Assembly: GCA_964514585.1 (NCBI GenBank)
Contig: CAZETU010000004.1
Span: forward strand, 1-64,000
Direction: 5' to 3'
Source: Candidatus Woesearchaeota archaeon
GTDB lineage: Archaea > Nanobdellota > Nanobdellia > Pacearchaeales > GW2011-AR1
DNA: 64,000 nt
Made by a program: the position numbers and the translations under genes. Under the pieces are notes generated by a model that ran no database searches, was not told where the DNA came from, and saw only the letters and a program-made list of their open reading frames with translations. Below are positions 9,376 through 19,073 of this stretch, piece after piece. Position 1 is the stretch's first letter, and the number at the start of each line of letters is the position of its first letter.

Positions 9376-11096
9376 TAAAACACCGCCCACTTACCCGCAG
9401 CCTTCTGTTCCCTATCCAAAACCGAACCCTTCTTATTAATCCGCGGCCGACCACTCTCCTTATCTTTCCTCAAAGTTATATCCAAGCTCTTCAACAAATT
9501 TGAAACACCTTCCTCAAAACCTCGAATCTCACTAGCCTCTCCCTTAATACCAGGCTCCCCACCAAAATTAATAACCGAATCCGCCAAATACGAAACCAAC
9601 AACAAATCATGATCAACAACAAACGCCGTCTTCTCCCTCTCATTCATAATATCCTTAATCGCCTTCGCAACCGAAATCCTCTCCTCAACATCCAAATAAG
9701 CCGACGGCTCGTCAATCAAATAAACATCAGCATCCTTCGCCAAACACCGAGCAACACTAAACCTCTGTAACTCACCGCCAGACAACTCCTTCAACTTCTT
9801 AGATTCCAAAACCCCAATATTAAAAACCGACTTCAATTTTTTATTTATCTTCTCCTTAAAGCAAATATCCCGAACAACATCCTCGCTATCCGTAAACAAA
9901 TACTGCGGCTTATATGAAATATCTAAATCTAAATCAAGTCTCCCCAATGAAGTCTCCAGCTCGCCAGCCAAAGCCCGGACAAAAGTAGTCTTCCCTGTCC
10001 CATTCCTACCAAGTATACCAATCACATGATTCTGATGAATCTCCCCCTTCTTAATATCCAACTCAAACCCAGTATCAAACTTAACGCTAAAATCAGGCCA
10101 CTCAGCAATCTTAAACCCGCCCATTGCAGGATTCTTAGTAAAATTAAAATTCAACTCCTTATCCCGAATCCTCAAATTCTCCTCCTTCAAAAACCCATGC
10201 AAATAAGCATTCACACCTTCCTTACTCCCCTTAACACCAGACACCGTCCCAAAAGCACCCTGCCCCCCAAAAAAGATATTCAAAAAATCCGTCAAATAAT
10301 CCAAAATCAACAAATCATGCTCAACAACAATAAGAGTTTTCTCCTTAGAAATCTCTTTCAAAAAATCACTAACCCGAAGTCTCTCGCCAATGTCCAAAAA
10401 AGCCAACGGCTCATCGAAAAAATAAATATCCGCCTCACCCAAACTCGCAGCCAAAATCGCAATCCTCTGTAACTCACCACCAGACAACTTATTCATCTTA
10501 TTCCCAAGAACTTGAGAAACACCCAATCTCTCAGCCAAAGCCTTAATTTCGTCCTTAGAGCCCCTCTTAGACAACAACTCCATCACCGGCACATCAATAG
10601 CCAACTGCGACAAATTCTGCGGCTTATACGAAACCTTCTTATCCTTAAGCGACTCCAAATACCTCAAAATCTCATTCCCCTTAAAAAATTTCTTAATATC
10701 ATCCTTACTAGCTTCACTCTTCCCTAAATTAATCTTCTCAGTCCCAGCCAACAATTTCACAGCAGTAGACTTCCCAATACCATTCCGACCAAGCAACCCA
10801 AGAACAAACCCTTCTTTCGGTGTCGGTAAACCATAAAGCGCAAACCCATTCTCCCCATAACGATGCACCAAATCCTCCTCACTAACCGACGGCAAATTAA
10901 TAATATCAATCGCACCAAACGGACACCGCTTCACACAAATCGCACACCCGACACAAGTATTTTCATCAATAGCACACTTATCCTCAATAGTCACACAGCT
11001 ATCAGACTCCTTCTTCTCAACCGGACAATATTTCTTACACTCACTCCCACAAATCGCCGGCTTACATTTTCCCTTATGAACTATAGCTAACTTCAT
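9375..11096 (-). CDS. ABCE1/RLI ribosome recycling ATPase
   Basis: N-terminal Fe-S Cys cluster (CVGCAICVKRCP), two Walker A motifs (GRNGIGKS, GRNGTGKT), two LSGGELQ signatures. Confidence 0.95.
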   Translation of the reverse strand: MKLAIVHKGKCKPAICGSECKKYCPVEKKESDSCVTIEDKCAIDENTCVGCAICVKRCPFGAIDIINLPSVSEEDLVHRYGENGFALYGLPTPKEGFVLGLLGRNGIGKSTAVKLLAGTEKINLGKSEASKDDIKKFFKGNEILRYLESLKDKKVSYKPQNLSQLAIDVPVMELLSKRGSKDEIKALAERLGVSQVLGNKMNKLSGGELQRIAILAASLGEADIYFFDEPLAFLDIGERLRVSDFLKEISKEKTLIVVEHDLLILDYLTDFLNIFFGGQGAFGTVSGVKGSKEGVNAYLHGFLKEENLRIRDKELNFNFTKNPAMGGFKIAEWPDFSVKFDTGFELDIKKGEIHQNHVIGILGRNGTGKTTFVRALAGELETSLGRLDLDLDISYKPQYLFTDSEDVVRDICFKEKINKKLKSVFNIGVLESKKLKELSGGELQRFSVARCLAKDADVYLIDEPSAYLDVEERISVAKAIKDIMNEREKTAFVVDHDLLLVSYLADSVINFGGEPGIKGEASEIRGFEEGVSNLLKSLDITLRKDKESGRPRINKKGSVLDREQKAAGKWAVF

Positions 11097-11134
11097 ATTA
11101 AACAGAATAAATTTACAGTTTTAAAGCTTTAGAA

Positions 11135-11338
11135 CTAACATTTCTTCCCACATTCCGGACAAAACTTTTCTCCACCTTCCAAAGCCCAATTACAATCCTC
11201 ACACCGCTTAATATCTTTCCTCTCCTCAATAATCGCCTCATAATCATCACGCCCCGAAAGAATCTTCCCCATTATAGACTTAACCTTCTGTTTATCTTCC
11301 CCTTCTTCCTGATATTTCGTCAAATCAAATCCGTCCAT
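11135..11338 (-). CDS. Small zinc-ribbon protein
   Basis: C-terminal CEDC...FCPECG. Confidence 0.75.
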   Translation of the reverse strand: MDGFDLTKYQEEGEDKQKVKSIMGKILSGRDDYEAIIEERKDIKRCEDCNWALEGGEKFCPECGKKC

Positions 11339-11369
11339 TATATTTTCTAGAAATTGCCTCTTTTAAATT

Positions 11370-11576
11370 TTATCTCTCTATAATTTTATACTTTCGATCA
11401 AAGCGCCTCTGCTTCGTAAAAGAAATAACTCCCTCAGCCGCAAAACCAAGACCCGTCAAAAACCAAAACCAATCACTATCTACTCCAATTCCAAAAATCA
11501 ACTTCGAAAAAACTAATCCAGCCATCAAAATCCCGACGACAATCACCAAAACATAAGTCGAATAATCTAATTTCAT
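11370..11576 (-). CDS. Small membrane protein (2 TM)
   Basis: Hydrophobic ORF; start placed at MKLDY. Confidence 0.6.
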   Translation of the reverse strand: MKLDYSTYVLVIVVGILMAGLVFSKLIFGIGVDSDWFWFLTGLGFAAEGVISFTKQRRFDRKYKIIER

Positions 11577-11626
11577 TATTAAGAGAAAACCACATATTTT
11601 ATAAATCTTCACCCCAACATTTAACC

Positions 11627-11791
11627 ATGACAAAATGTGAATTATGCAAAGAAGAAATTAAAACGACTTTCCTAGATAAACTAGACGGAACTATCATAAA
11701 AACAGGGAAAGGCGAAGACTCAAAAACACACTATATCTGTTCAGATTGCCAAAAAGAACACAAAGAAAAATTAAAAGAAAAATTATCTTAA
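11627..11791 (+). CDS. 54-aa zinc-finger-like protein (missing from the ORF track)
   Basis: MTKCELCKEEIKTTFLDKLDGTIIKTGKGEDSKTHYICSDCQKEHKEKLKEKLS*; two CxxC pairs; TTTATAAA box upstream. Confidence 0.8.
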   Translation: MTKCELCKEEIKTTFLDKLDGTIIKTGKGEDSKTHYICSDCQKEHKEKLKEKLS

Positions 11792-11792
11792 A

Positions 11793-11865
11793 GCCTGCGT
11801 AGCTCAGTTGATAGAGCGCAACACTCGTAATGTTGAGGCCACGGGTTTGACTCCCGTCGCAGGCT
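11793..11865 (+). tRNA. tRNA-Thr(CGT)
   Basis: Cloverleaf GCCTGCG/CGCAGGC, anticodon arm CAACA-CT-CGT-AA-TGTTG, T arm ACGGG-TTTGACT-CCCGT. Confidence 0.93.
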
Positions 11866-11891
11866 TAGAAAATAAACCTAAAAAAATAAAA

Positions 11892-11920
11892 GTTCGATCA
11901 GGCCCATAACAAGATCGAAC
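11892..11920. terminator. Hairpin between convergent tRNA-Thr and dsbA, flanked by A/T tracts
   Basis: GTTCGATC / GATCGAAC 8-bp perfect stem; U-tract follows on the minus strand. Confidence 0.6.
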
Positions 11921-11929
11921 AAAATAAAA

Positions 11930-12619
11930 TTATTGCAGTTCAGCGTCGATTACCTGCTTAAAAGCAGAATATGGTTGCGCCCCAGAAAGAAGCTTCCCAT
12001 TAATAAAAAACGCCGGAGTTCCCTGAACGCCCGCACTCTGACCATCCAAAAAATCTTTCTCAACCTCAGAAGCCATTTCTCCAGAATCTAAACACTCATT
12101 AAATTCCGACACATCAAGACCAATATCAACAGCATATTGCTTAAAAGTATCAACGCCACCAACAACACCTTTATCAAATAAAACATCATGCATCTCATAA
12201 TACTTATCTTGCTCACCAGAACATTCAGCAGCCTCAGCAGCCTTCTGCGCATTTTGATGAAAACTCAAAGGAAAATCCCTAAAAACAATCTTTACCTTTC
12301 CAGTCTCAACATAATCCTTACGAATTTGACCTAAAGTTTGGCTATAAAACCTAGCACAAAAAGGACACTCATAATCACTAAATTCAACAATAGTTACCGG
12401 AGCATCAGGATCGCCCTCGACAGAATCATCATCCATTAAAGAATTCAAATCAACCGAAGGAGCTGTCCGAACAGGAGCCTCACGAGAAGGAACCCCCACG
12501 GCATTTCCAGTAACCTGACTACCATTACCCGAAAAAGCAAAATAAGCCAAGCCAACAACCAAAACTATCAGAACAATAGAAACAACCTTCCAGTTATTAT
12601 TCATTTTTTCTTCACTCAT
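11930..12619 (-). CDS. Membrane-anchored DsbA-family thioredoxin-fold protein
   Basis: EFSDYECPFC, FRDFPL, GVQGTPAFFING; N-terminal TM. Confidence 0.92.
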   Translation of the reverse strand: MSEEKMNNNWKVVSIVLIVLVVGLAYFAFSGNGSQVTGNAVGVPSREAPVRTAPSVDLNSLMDDDSVEGDPDAPVTIVEFSDYECPFCARFYSQTLGQIRKDYVETGKVKIVFRDFPLSFHQNAQKAAEAAECSGEQDKYYEMHDVLFDKGVVGGVDTFKQYAVDIGLDVSEFNECLDSGEMASEVEKDFLDGQSAGVQGTPAFFINGKLLSGAQPYSAFKQVIDAELQ

Positions 12620-12620
12620 A

Positions 12621-14774
12621 TTATATTTTCCTCCTTCTCAATAAATTAGCATTAGTAACAACAGTAATACTCGACAACGCCATCGCAGCCTCAGCAAACA
12701 CAGGATTCAAAACTCCCGCCACGGCCAACGGAATCGCAATAACATTATAAAAAAACGCCCAAAACAAATTCTGCTTTATCTTACCAAAAGTCGCATTCGA
12801 CAAATTAATCGCCTGAACAACCCCCGTCAAATTCCCCTTCGCGAGAACTATATCCCCTGCCTCAATCGCAATATCCGTCCCTGTCCCCATCGCAATCCCA
12901 ACATTCGCCTGCTTCAAAGCCGGAGCATCATTAATCCCGTCACCAACAAAGGCAACAAATCCCTTTTTCTGCAACTCCATAACCTTCCGAGACTTATCCT
13001 CCGGCATAACCCCAGCAATAACTTCCTTAATCCCAACCTGTTTCGCAATCGCCCTCGCCGTAATCTCATTATCACCCGTAATCATCACCGTCCTAAAGCC
13101 ACCCCGATTCAACCGACCAACAGCCTCGACAGAATCTTCCTTAACCGCATCAGCAACCCCAATCACACCCACAACCTTCTTATTCTCAACAACAACCATA
13201 ACGCTCATCGCCTTCTCAGCAAACTCTCTAACAACCCCTGAATACTTACCCAAAGCAACCTTCCTATCCTTCATCAGAGCCTCATTCCCAACAACATACT
13301 TCTTTCCCTTAATCGTCCCCTCAAGACCCTTCCCTCGAATAATCTTAAAATTCTTCACACTTAGATACTTCTTCAAATTAGCCTTCCGAACAATCGCCTT
13401 AGCCAACGGATGCTCACTTAATTTCTCAAGCGAACCAGCAATCTCAAATAACCTCTTCTCATCCTCAGCAGAAACTTCAACAACTTCAGGCTCGCCCTTG
13501 GTAATCGTCCCAGTCTTATCGAAAACAACCATTTTAACTTCCTTCATCGTCTGAATCGCCTCACCCTTCCGAATAAGTATCCCTTTCTTCGCACCCATCC
13601 CAGAACCGACCATCAACGAAATCGGAACCGCCAATCCCAAAGAACAAGGACAAGCAATAACCAAAACAGAAATCGCATTACTAAGAGCAACACTAAGTCC
13701 CACTCCACCAAAATAAAACCAACCCAAAAAAGTCAAAACAGCTAAACTCAAAATCACCGGAACAAAAACCCCAGTCACCTTATCGGCCAACTTCTGAATC
13801 GGAACCTTCGTCCCCTGCGCCTCCTCGACCAACTTAATAATATGCGACAAAAAAGTATCCTTGCCAACCTTAGACGCCTTAACATACAAAACCCCATCCT
13901 GATTCAAAGTCGCCCCAATAACCAAACTCTTAACGGTTTTCTCGACGGGCAAACTTTCCCCAGTAATCATCGACTCATCAACGGCACTCTCACCCTTAAC
14001 AACAACACCATCCGTCGGAATTTTCTCACCAGGCTTAACAACCATCACATCACCAATTCTCACGTCCTCAATATCAATTTCAAACTCTTCCTTACCTCTC
14101 AAAATCCTGGCCTTCTTCGCCCCAAGCTCCAACAATTTTCTAATCTCAGAAGTCGCCCGCCCCTTTGCCTTAGCCTCGATAAATTTCCCAGTAATAAAAA
14201 TCGTCATAATCATTCCAGACACCCCAGCAAAACTAGTTACATCAATAAAAAAACTAAGTATACCAGTCAAATAAGCAACAACAGTCCCAAGCGCAATCAA
14301 AGAATCCATCGTAAACTGTAACTTAAAAAATCCTCTTATCCCAGACTTAACCGTATGAAAACCAAAAATAAAAATAATCGGAAAACTCAAAATCAACATC
14401 AAAGGAGTCATCCATTTCATAGGCACTATCCCCACACCAAACAAATCCTCAAAATACATAATCCCCATAATCAAAACCGTCAAAAACCATGTTCCAATAA
14501 GTTTCCTCTTCCAAACCCCAATCTCATCCTTTTTCTCAGATGAAGCCAAAGCCTTACCTTCACCAAAATCAACATTCACCAACTTAAACCCAGCACCCTT
14601 CACAACTTCATCAAGATACTTAGCAGAAACACCATCGCTAACTTCCGCAAAAGCTTTCCCACTAACCGGATTAACACTAACATCATTAGCCCCAATCTTC
14701 TCCAATTCAGAAGACATTATATTCGAACACGAAGCACAATGCATTCCCTCAATATCCAACTTAATTTTTTTCAT
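12621..14774 (-). CDS. copA: Cu(I)-translocating P1B-type ATPase
   Basis: [38 protein letters not shown] and MALSS TM ligands. Confidence 0.95.
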   Translation of the reverse strand: MKKIKLDIEGMHCASCSNIMSSELEKIGANDVSVNPVSGKAFAEVSDGVSAKYLDEVVKGAGFKLVNVDFGEGKALASSEKKDEIGVWKRKLIGTWFLTVLIMGIMYFEDLFGVGIVPMKWMTPLMLILSFPIIFIFGFHTVKSGIRGFFKLQFTMDSLIALGTVVAYLTGILSFFIDVTSFAGVSGMIMTIFITGKFIEAKAKGRATSEIRKLLELGAKKARILRGKEEFEIDIEDVRIGDVMVVKPGEKIPTDGVVVKGESAVDESMITGESLPVEKTVKSLVIGATLNQDGVLYVKASKVGKDTFLSHIIKLVEEAQGTKVPIQKLADKVTGVFVPVILSLAVLTFLGWFYFGGVGLSVALSNAISVLVIACPCSLGLAVPISLMVGSGMGAKKGILIRKGEAIQTMKEVKMVVFDKTGTITKGEPEVVEVSAEDEKRLFEIAGSLEKLSEHPLAKAIVRKANLKKYLSVKNFKIIRGKGLEGTIKGKKYVVGNEALMKDRKVALGKYSGVVREFAEKAMSVMVVVENKKVVGVIGVADAVKEDSVEAVGRLNRGGFRTVMITGDNEITARAIAKQVGIKEVIAGVMPEDKSRKVMELQKKGFVAFVGDGINDAPALKQANVGIAMGTGTDIAIEAGDIVLAKGNLTGVVQAINLSNATFGKIKQNLFWAFFYNVIAIPLAVAGVLNPVFAEAAMALSSITVVTNANLLRRRKI

Positions 14775-14789
14775 TTTTATTACTGTATT

Positions 14790-15002
14790 TTATTCCTTCT
14801 GTATTTGTTTAACTAGCCATACTATTGCCAAAACCAACACAACAACAAACAAAACGCCAATTAACCAACCAAAAAACATTCCACCAAAACCATAATTACC
14901 AGACATCATACCAGACATTCCACAACCATAATCTCCAACATCAGCCGACACAAAACTCATCATCAAACCAACCGCCAAAATAAAAAAATATTTTTTATCC
15001 AT
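14790..15002 (-). CDS. Small Met/Gly-rich membrane protein
   Basis: Signal-like N-terminus, CGMSGMMSG, C-terminal TM. Confidence 0.75.
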   Translation of the reverse strand: MDKKYFFILAVGLMMSFVSADVGDYGCGMSGMMSGNYGFGGMFFGWLIGVLFVVVLVLAIVWLVKQIQKE

Positions 15003-15003
15003 T

Positions 15004-15447
15004 CTAAAACCGATATCGCCCAGCCTCCAAATTTAATTTAGTTATAATAAGATAATCTCCCTCAACTTCCGCAGGCAAATACCCAGGCCAACAACCGCCA
15101 CCCTTTAAGTTCGCACTTCCGATTCCAGAAATCCTATAATGATTCCCACAATTATTACAAACCATATCATCCCCTTCCTGCCGATAACCTTTCTTAGATC
15201 TATAACAAACATCACAAGCATTAAACGCCGTCTTCACCGAACCATCCTTAGCCCGAACAACAAAAAATTCAATCCCATCATAATCAAAAAACTGCGCCTC
15301 TTCGCCAATGCCATCTAAAGAAAACTTTACAACATCTCCATCATCAATCATCTCAGCAGCAACTACATTCCCAGTCATTCCACCAAATACAATATATATA
15401 ACACCAACTAAAACCAAGGCCCCAGCTCCAAAATATATCTTATTCAT
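15004..15447 (-). CDS. DUF2318-like membrane-anchored Fe-S/Cys protein
   Basis: TAFNACDVC...MVCNNCG...GGCWP. Confidence 0.8.
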   Translation of the reverse strand: MNKIYFGAGALVLVGVIYIVFGGMTGNVVAAEMIDDGDVVKFSLDGIGEEAQFFDYDGIEFFVVRAKDGSVKTAFNACDVCYRSKKGYRQEGDDMVCNNCGNHYRISGIGSANLKGGGCWPGYLPAEVEGDYLIITKLNLEAGRYRF

Positions 15448-15604
15448 TCAACACCCTCCTATTAATAGTATTAAACTTCCTCATACAAATCTTACAACAA
15501 AATTCCTCAAGACCCTCAATCGCCATCCCACACATCTTACAGCCTCGACCAACGCCAGAAAAAACTTCCATTTTGCAAACAGGACAATTTAACACATCTC
15601 CCAT
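15440..15604 (-). CDS. 54-aa Cys-rich TRASH/YHS-like putative metallochaperone
   Basis: MGDVLNCPVCK...CKMCGM...FCCKIC; start placed at the ATG at 15604 just after the upstream stop. Confidence 0.7.
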   Translation of the reverse strand: MGDVLNCPVCKMEVFSGVGRGCKMCGMAIEGLEEFCCKICMRKFNTINRRVLNE

Positions 15605-15605
15605 C

Positions 15606-17054
15606 TTATCCTCCACAAGTCGAACCGCCGCCACAGCCCCCTCCACATCCGCCGCCACACGAACCATCACAACTACCACTAGAGGCAGTAACCTCCGCAG
15701 CAACATCTAACTGACTCGCCGACGCAACACCATCATCAGTCACAACAAAAACCCCAGGAATCATTCCCATCCAACAACTCCACCGAACAGTCCCAATCTC
15801 ATCAGGCGTAAACTCTACAACATTCATCCCCTTCTTCAACTTAACATCCAAGCCATAATCCCGAACAACAATCTCATTATTACACCCCGTCAATTCCTTC
15901 ACATCAATATTCCACTTAACAGGAACCCCTTTTTTCAAAGTAAAAGTATCAGGAGTCCAACCATAACGATCAACCTCCATATTAATCACCTGATAATCCC
16001 CTTCTATTGCAGCACCAGCAGAACTCGCACTAACACCAAACACGCTAGCGCCAATCGCACTAAAACTATAATCACTCCCCAAAACAACAAGCCCCCGATT
16101 CAACATTATCAATCCCAAAATTAAAACAAGAACCGCCGCAACTTTCAAAATCCTTTTAGTCGCATTCTTACTAATAACAGAAGTCAACGAACCAAACCCA
16201 ATCAAAACAGGCAACGTCCCAAGACTAAAAGCCCCCAAAGATAAAAACCCAGTCCAAAAACTCCCTGTCCCAGCCGCATACAAATACAAAGCCTGCAACG
16301 GACCACAAGCGATAAACAAACCACTAAGTATACCCGTCATAAAAGGCGCCTTGTAAAAGCCCTTAGCATCATGCGTCGTCTTGCCAGCCCACCTAGTCAA
16401 AAACTTCGGATTAAATTGAAACTTCCTAAAAAACCCGACACCGAGCATACTCAAAGCAAAAGCAATCATAAACAACCCAGCAAAAATCGCAATCCCCCCA
16501 CGAAGCCCAACACTAAAAGCAAAGACCCCTCCAATCAAACCAAAAATTCCTCCGATCACAGCATAAGAAACAACCTTCGCCCCACCATAAACAAAATGCT
16601 GCTTAAACCCCTTGTGCCCCTTCTCAGCATTCTTAGTAGTATACCCCACAACAAAAGCCCCGCACATCGAAATACAATGAAACCCAGTCAACACCCCAAC
16701 AAAAAATAATATAATAAGACCAGAGCTCTCCCCAACACCAGGAATAGAAAAATTCAATTCAGAAACCCATCCATATATAAGATAAGCCAAAACACCCAAA
16801 GAACCAATCATAAACAAAAGCCCAATCTTATCACCAACACTTCTACCCTTCTTCTCTTTCCTAATACTAAACTCATCATCTTCAATCAAACCAACAACTT
16901 CCTTTTCACTAATCTTATCCTCATCAAAATCAACTTCAACAGTACCCTTAGAATAACTAGCCGAAACACTTCTAACCTTCTCCTTCAATTTACCTTCAAT
17001 AAGATTAGAACATGAATTACAAGTCATCCCATCAACTTCAAAAACCTTTTTCAT
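15606..17054 (-). CDS. HMA + TauE/SafE(DsbD_2)-like membrane domain + cupredoxin fusion protein
   Basis: GMTCNSC; GFHCISMCG and ACGPL; FTP...WSCWMGM; Gly/Cys-rich tail. Confidence 0.88.
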   Translation of the reverse strand: MKKVFEVDGMTCNSCSNLIEGKLKEKVRSVSASYSKGTVEVDFDEDKISEKEVVGLIEDDEFSIRKEKKGRSVGDKIGLLFMIGSLGVLAYLIYGWVSELNFSIPGVGESSGLIILFFVGVLTGFHCISMCGAFVVGYTTKNAEKGHKGFKQHFVYGGAKVVSYAVIGGIFGLIGGVFAFSVGLRGGIAIFAGLFMIAFALSMLGVGFFRKFQFNPKFLTRWAGKTTHDAKGFYKAPFMTGILSGLFIACGPLQALYLYAAGTGSFWTGFLSLGAFSLGTLPVLIGFGSLTSVISKNATKRILKVAAVLVLILGLIMLNRGLVVLGSDYSFSAIGASVFGVSASSAGAAIEGDYQVINMEVDRYGWTPDTFTLKKGVPVKWNIDVKELTGCNNEIVVRDYGLDVKLKKGMNVVEFTPDEIGTVRWSCWMGMIPGVFVVTDDGVASASQLDVAAEVTASSGSCDGSCGGGCGGGCGGGSTCGG

Positions 17055-17091
17055 ATAAAACCTAAAAAAATATTTTATTTAACCACTTCGC

Positions 17092-17105
17092 TGAAACTAG
17101 TTTCA
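17092..17105. promoter_or_regulatory. Perfect 14-bp palindrome, candidate operator of the copper operon
   Basis: TGAAACTAGTTTCA, about 40 bp upstream of the 17054 start. Confidence 0.5.
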
Positions 17106-17111
17106 ATTATA

Positions 17112-17597
17112 TTAACTCTTCAAAACAATAATATTATTCATTCCTCGGCGCTTCCTCTCGACAATCTGCTTAGCCTCAAGCTTATCCATCATCCGTGTCA
17201 TCTTCACCTTCCCAACACCCAACTCTTCCATCAAACTCTTCTGAAAAAACGCCCCACCTTCTCTCTCCAAAATCTTAACAACATTTTTCTCAACAGAATC
17301 CAACCCAGAAAGATTAATCTTTTTCTTTTTCTCCCGAACCTTCTTCACAACCACTTTCTCAACAACCCTCTCGCTCTCCTTACTAAAAATCAAAAACAAA
17401 CCAATCAACAAAACCAACCCCGCAACCGCTAAACTCAAATTCGTCTGCAAAGAAATCGTATCATACATAGTACAAGTCGTCCCATGATCACAAGTCTGGT
17501 CAACAACGTTCTTCATACCAGAATTAAACAACAAAATTATAACTCCAATCATAACCGCAATCCCAACAATCAAGAATCCAACATTCCTATTCTTCAT
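17112..17597 (-). CDS. Two-TM membrane protein with C-terminal MarR-like winged HTH
   Basis: TM1, loop CDHGTTCTM, TM2, then LDSVEKNVVKIL...FQKSLMEELGVGKVKMTRMMDKLEAKQIVERKRRGM. Confidence 0.8.
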   Translation of the reverse strand: MKNRNVGFLIVGIAVMIGVIILLFNSGMKNVVDQTCDHGTTCTMYDTISLQTNLSLAVAGLVLLIGLFLIFSKESERVVEKVVVKKVREKKKKINLSGLDSVEKNVVKILEREGGAFFQKSLMEELGVGKVKMTRMMDKLEAKQIVERKRRGMNNIIVLKS

Positions 17598-17700
17598 AAA
17601 AAATCCAGCTAAATCGCCTATAAATAACTATCCTTAACACCGTTGACAAAATATCCCACCTCCGATAATCTTTTATATCGCTTTTATCGCATAATTATAC

Positions 17701-17785
17701 GTGGGGATGCCGGAGTGGCCAAACGGGCTGGACTTAAGATCCAGTAGCATCTTTGCTTACGGGGGTTCGAATCCTCCTCCCCACA
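17701..17785 (+). tRNA. tRNA-Leu(TAA)
   Basis: GTGGGGA/TCCCCAC acceptor, CTGGA-CT-TAA-GA-TCCAG, long variable arm, TTCGAAT loop. Confidence 0.93.
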
Positions 17786-17829
17786 TGGAACACAAAATCT
17801 TAAAAGGCATCCTAATCTAATATTTTCAT

Positions 17830-17905
17830 AGCGGGGTGGAGCAGTCTGGTCAGCTCGTGAGGCCCATAACCTCAAGGTCACGTGGTTCAAATCCCGTCCC
17901 CGCTA
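17830..17905 (+). tRNA. tRNA-Met(CAT), probably initiator
   Basis: AGCGGGG/CCCCGCT with A1-U72, A11-U24, anticodon loop CC-CAT-AA. Confidence 0.85.
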
Positions 17906-17936
17906 TTCTTATAAACTTCACCCATTTATTCTAAAT

Positions 17937-18593
17937 ATGACACTTATCCTAGGAATCGACGATGCAGGAAGAGGCCCCGTCCTAGGACCAATGACTCTAG
18001 CCGGAGTAATAATAGACAAAAAAGACGAACAAACACTAAGAAACTGGAACGCAAAAGATTCAAAACTCCTAACCCCAAAACAACGAGGCGAAATAAAAGA
18101 AAAAATAGTCGCCCAGTTTAAATATCACACAGAAATTTCAACTCCAAAAGAAATAGACGATCACGAAAACTTAAACCTACTAGAAGCCCAAAAAACCGCA
18201 AAAATAATCAATGAACTAACTTACGAGCTAACTGAGAAAGTGGAAGTTATAGTAGACTGCCCCTCAACAAACATCCAATCTTGGACAAATGATGTCCAAA
18301 AACTCCTCAAAAAACCAGAAATCATTTCCCTTTCCTGTGAACACAAAGCCGACGCAAACCACCCAATAGTCTCAGCCGCCTCAATCGTAGCAAAGGAAAA
18401 ACGAGAAGACGAAGTCTACAAATTAAAACTCTCATTAAAGACCGACTTCGGTTCCGGATATCCCGCAGACCCAAAAACAAAAGAGTTCATTACAGAAAAT
18501 TTTAACAACCCTAAATACAAGCACATTATCAGATTCTCGTGGAACACAGTCAAAAAACTAGTCAAAGCAACTAACCAAAAAAAACTATTCTAA
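17937..18593 (+). CDS. rnhB: Ribonuclease HII
   Basis: GIDDAGRGPVLGPM, DSKLL, VDC, HKAD...VSAASIVAK, GSGYPAD. Confidence 0.95.
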   Translation: MTLILGIDDAGRGPVLGPMTLAGVIIDKKDEQTLRNWNAKDSKLLTPKQRGEIKEKIVAQFKYHTEISTPKEIDDHENLNLLEAQKTAKIINELTYELTEKVEVIVDCPSTNIQSWTNDVQKLLKKPEIISLSCEHKADANHPIVSAASIVAKEKREDEVYKLKLSLKTDFGSGYPADPKTKEFITENFNNPKYKHIIRFSWNTVKKLVKATNQKKLF

Positions 18594-19033
18594 GGAATTA
18601 CAAAAAAATAAGCAATCAAAAATACTAAAACTATTACAATTATTCCAAGAAAAACCCAGATCCAATCATTCTTATGATAAATATGCTCACGACCAAACTT
18701 CCTTGGATTTTGCCATAAAGGAACCGTTACTTTTTTCCAATAAAAATATTGAAGGATAGTACCGATAACAACCAGAAACACCATAGAAATAATATTATAA
18801 AACGTGATATCAATCATGAACAACTTAAAAAAAACAATAGCAATAAATGAATTAATAGAGGCATTTATGATGAAAAATTTCTTACTAATCAATAAAAAAT
18901 TTTTCTTAAGAATCAAGCAAACAACTCCTGTCAGAATTAAAAGTATTAAAATAAAAGATACGATAAAAATAAAGCTTTTATTACCAAGAATCCAAGATAA
19001 CATACCCATCAAACTCTCGAATCCCATAAGCAA
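18590..19033 (-). CDS. Hypothetical membrane protein
   Basis: AT-rich ORF with about 4 TM segments. Confidence 0.65.
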   Translation of the reverse strand: MLMGFESLMGMLSWILGNKSFIFIVSFILILLILTGVVCLILKKNFLLISKKFFIINASINSFIAIVFFKLFMIDITFYNIISMVFLVVIGTILQYFYWKKVTVPLWQNPRKFGREHIYHKNDWIWVFLGIIVIVLVFLIAYFFVIP

Positions 19034-19073
19034 TTAATCATAATATTACTTATAAAACCTCATATAATTTCAA

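Noticed and set aside
11901-11910. GGCCCATAAC in a hairpin loop identical to the tRNA-Met anticodon region
   Set aside because: Only 10 nt with no cloverleaf context; compatible with chance.
15604-15706. N-terminal extension of the 15440-15706 ORF
   Set aside because: Overlaps the Gly/Cys tail of the upstream gene; the ATG at 15604 is the plausible start.
17684-17890. 68-aa minus-strand ORF
   Set aside because: Antisense to tRNA-Leu and tRNA-Met.
11793-17905. Copper cluster as a tRNA-integrated mobile island
   Set aside because: Flanked by tRNAs, but no integrase, no duplicated tRNA end, and codon skew matches the core genes.
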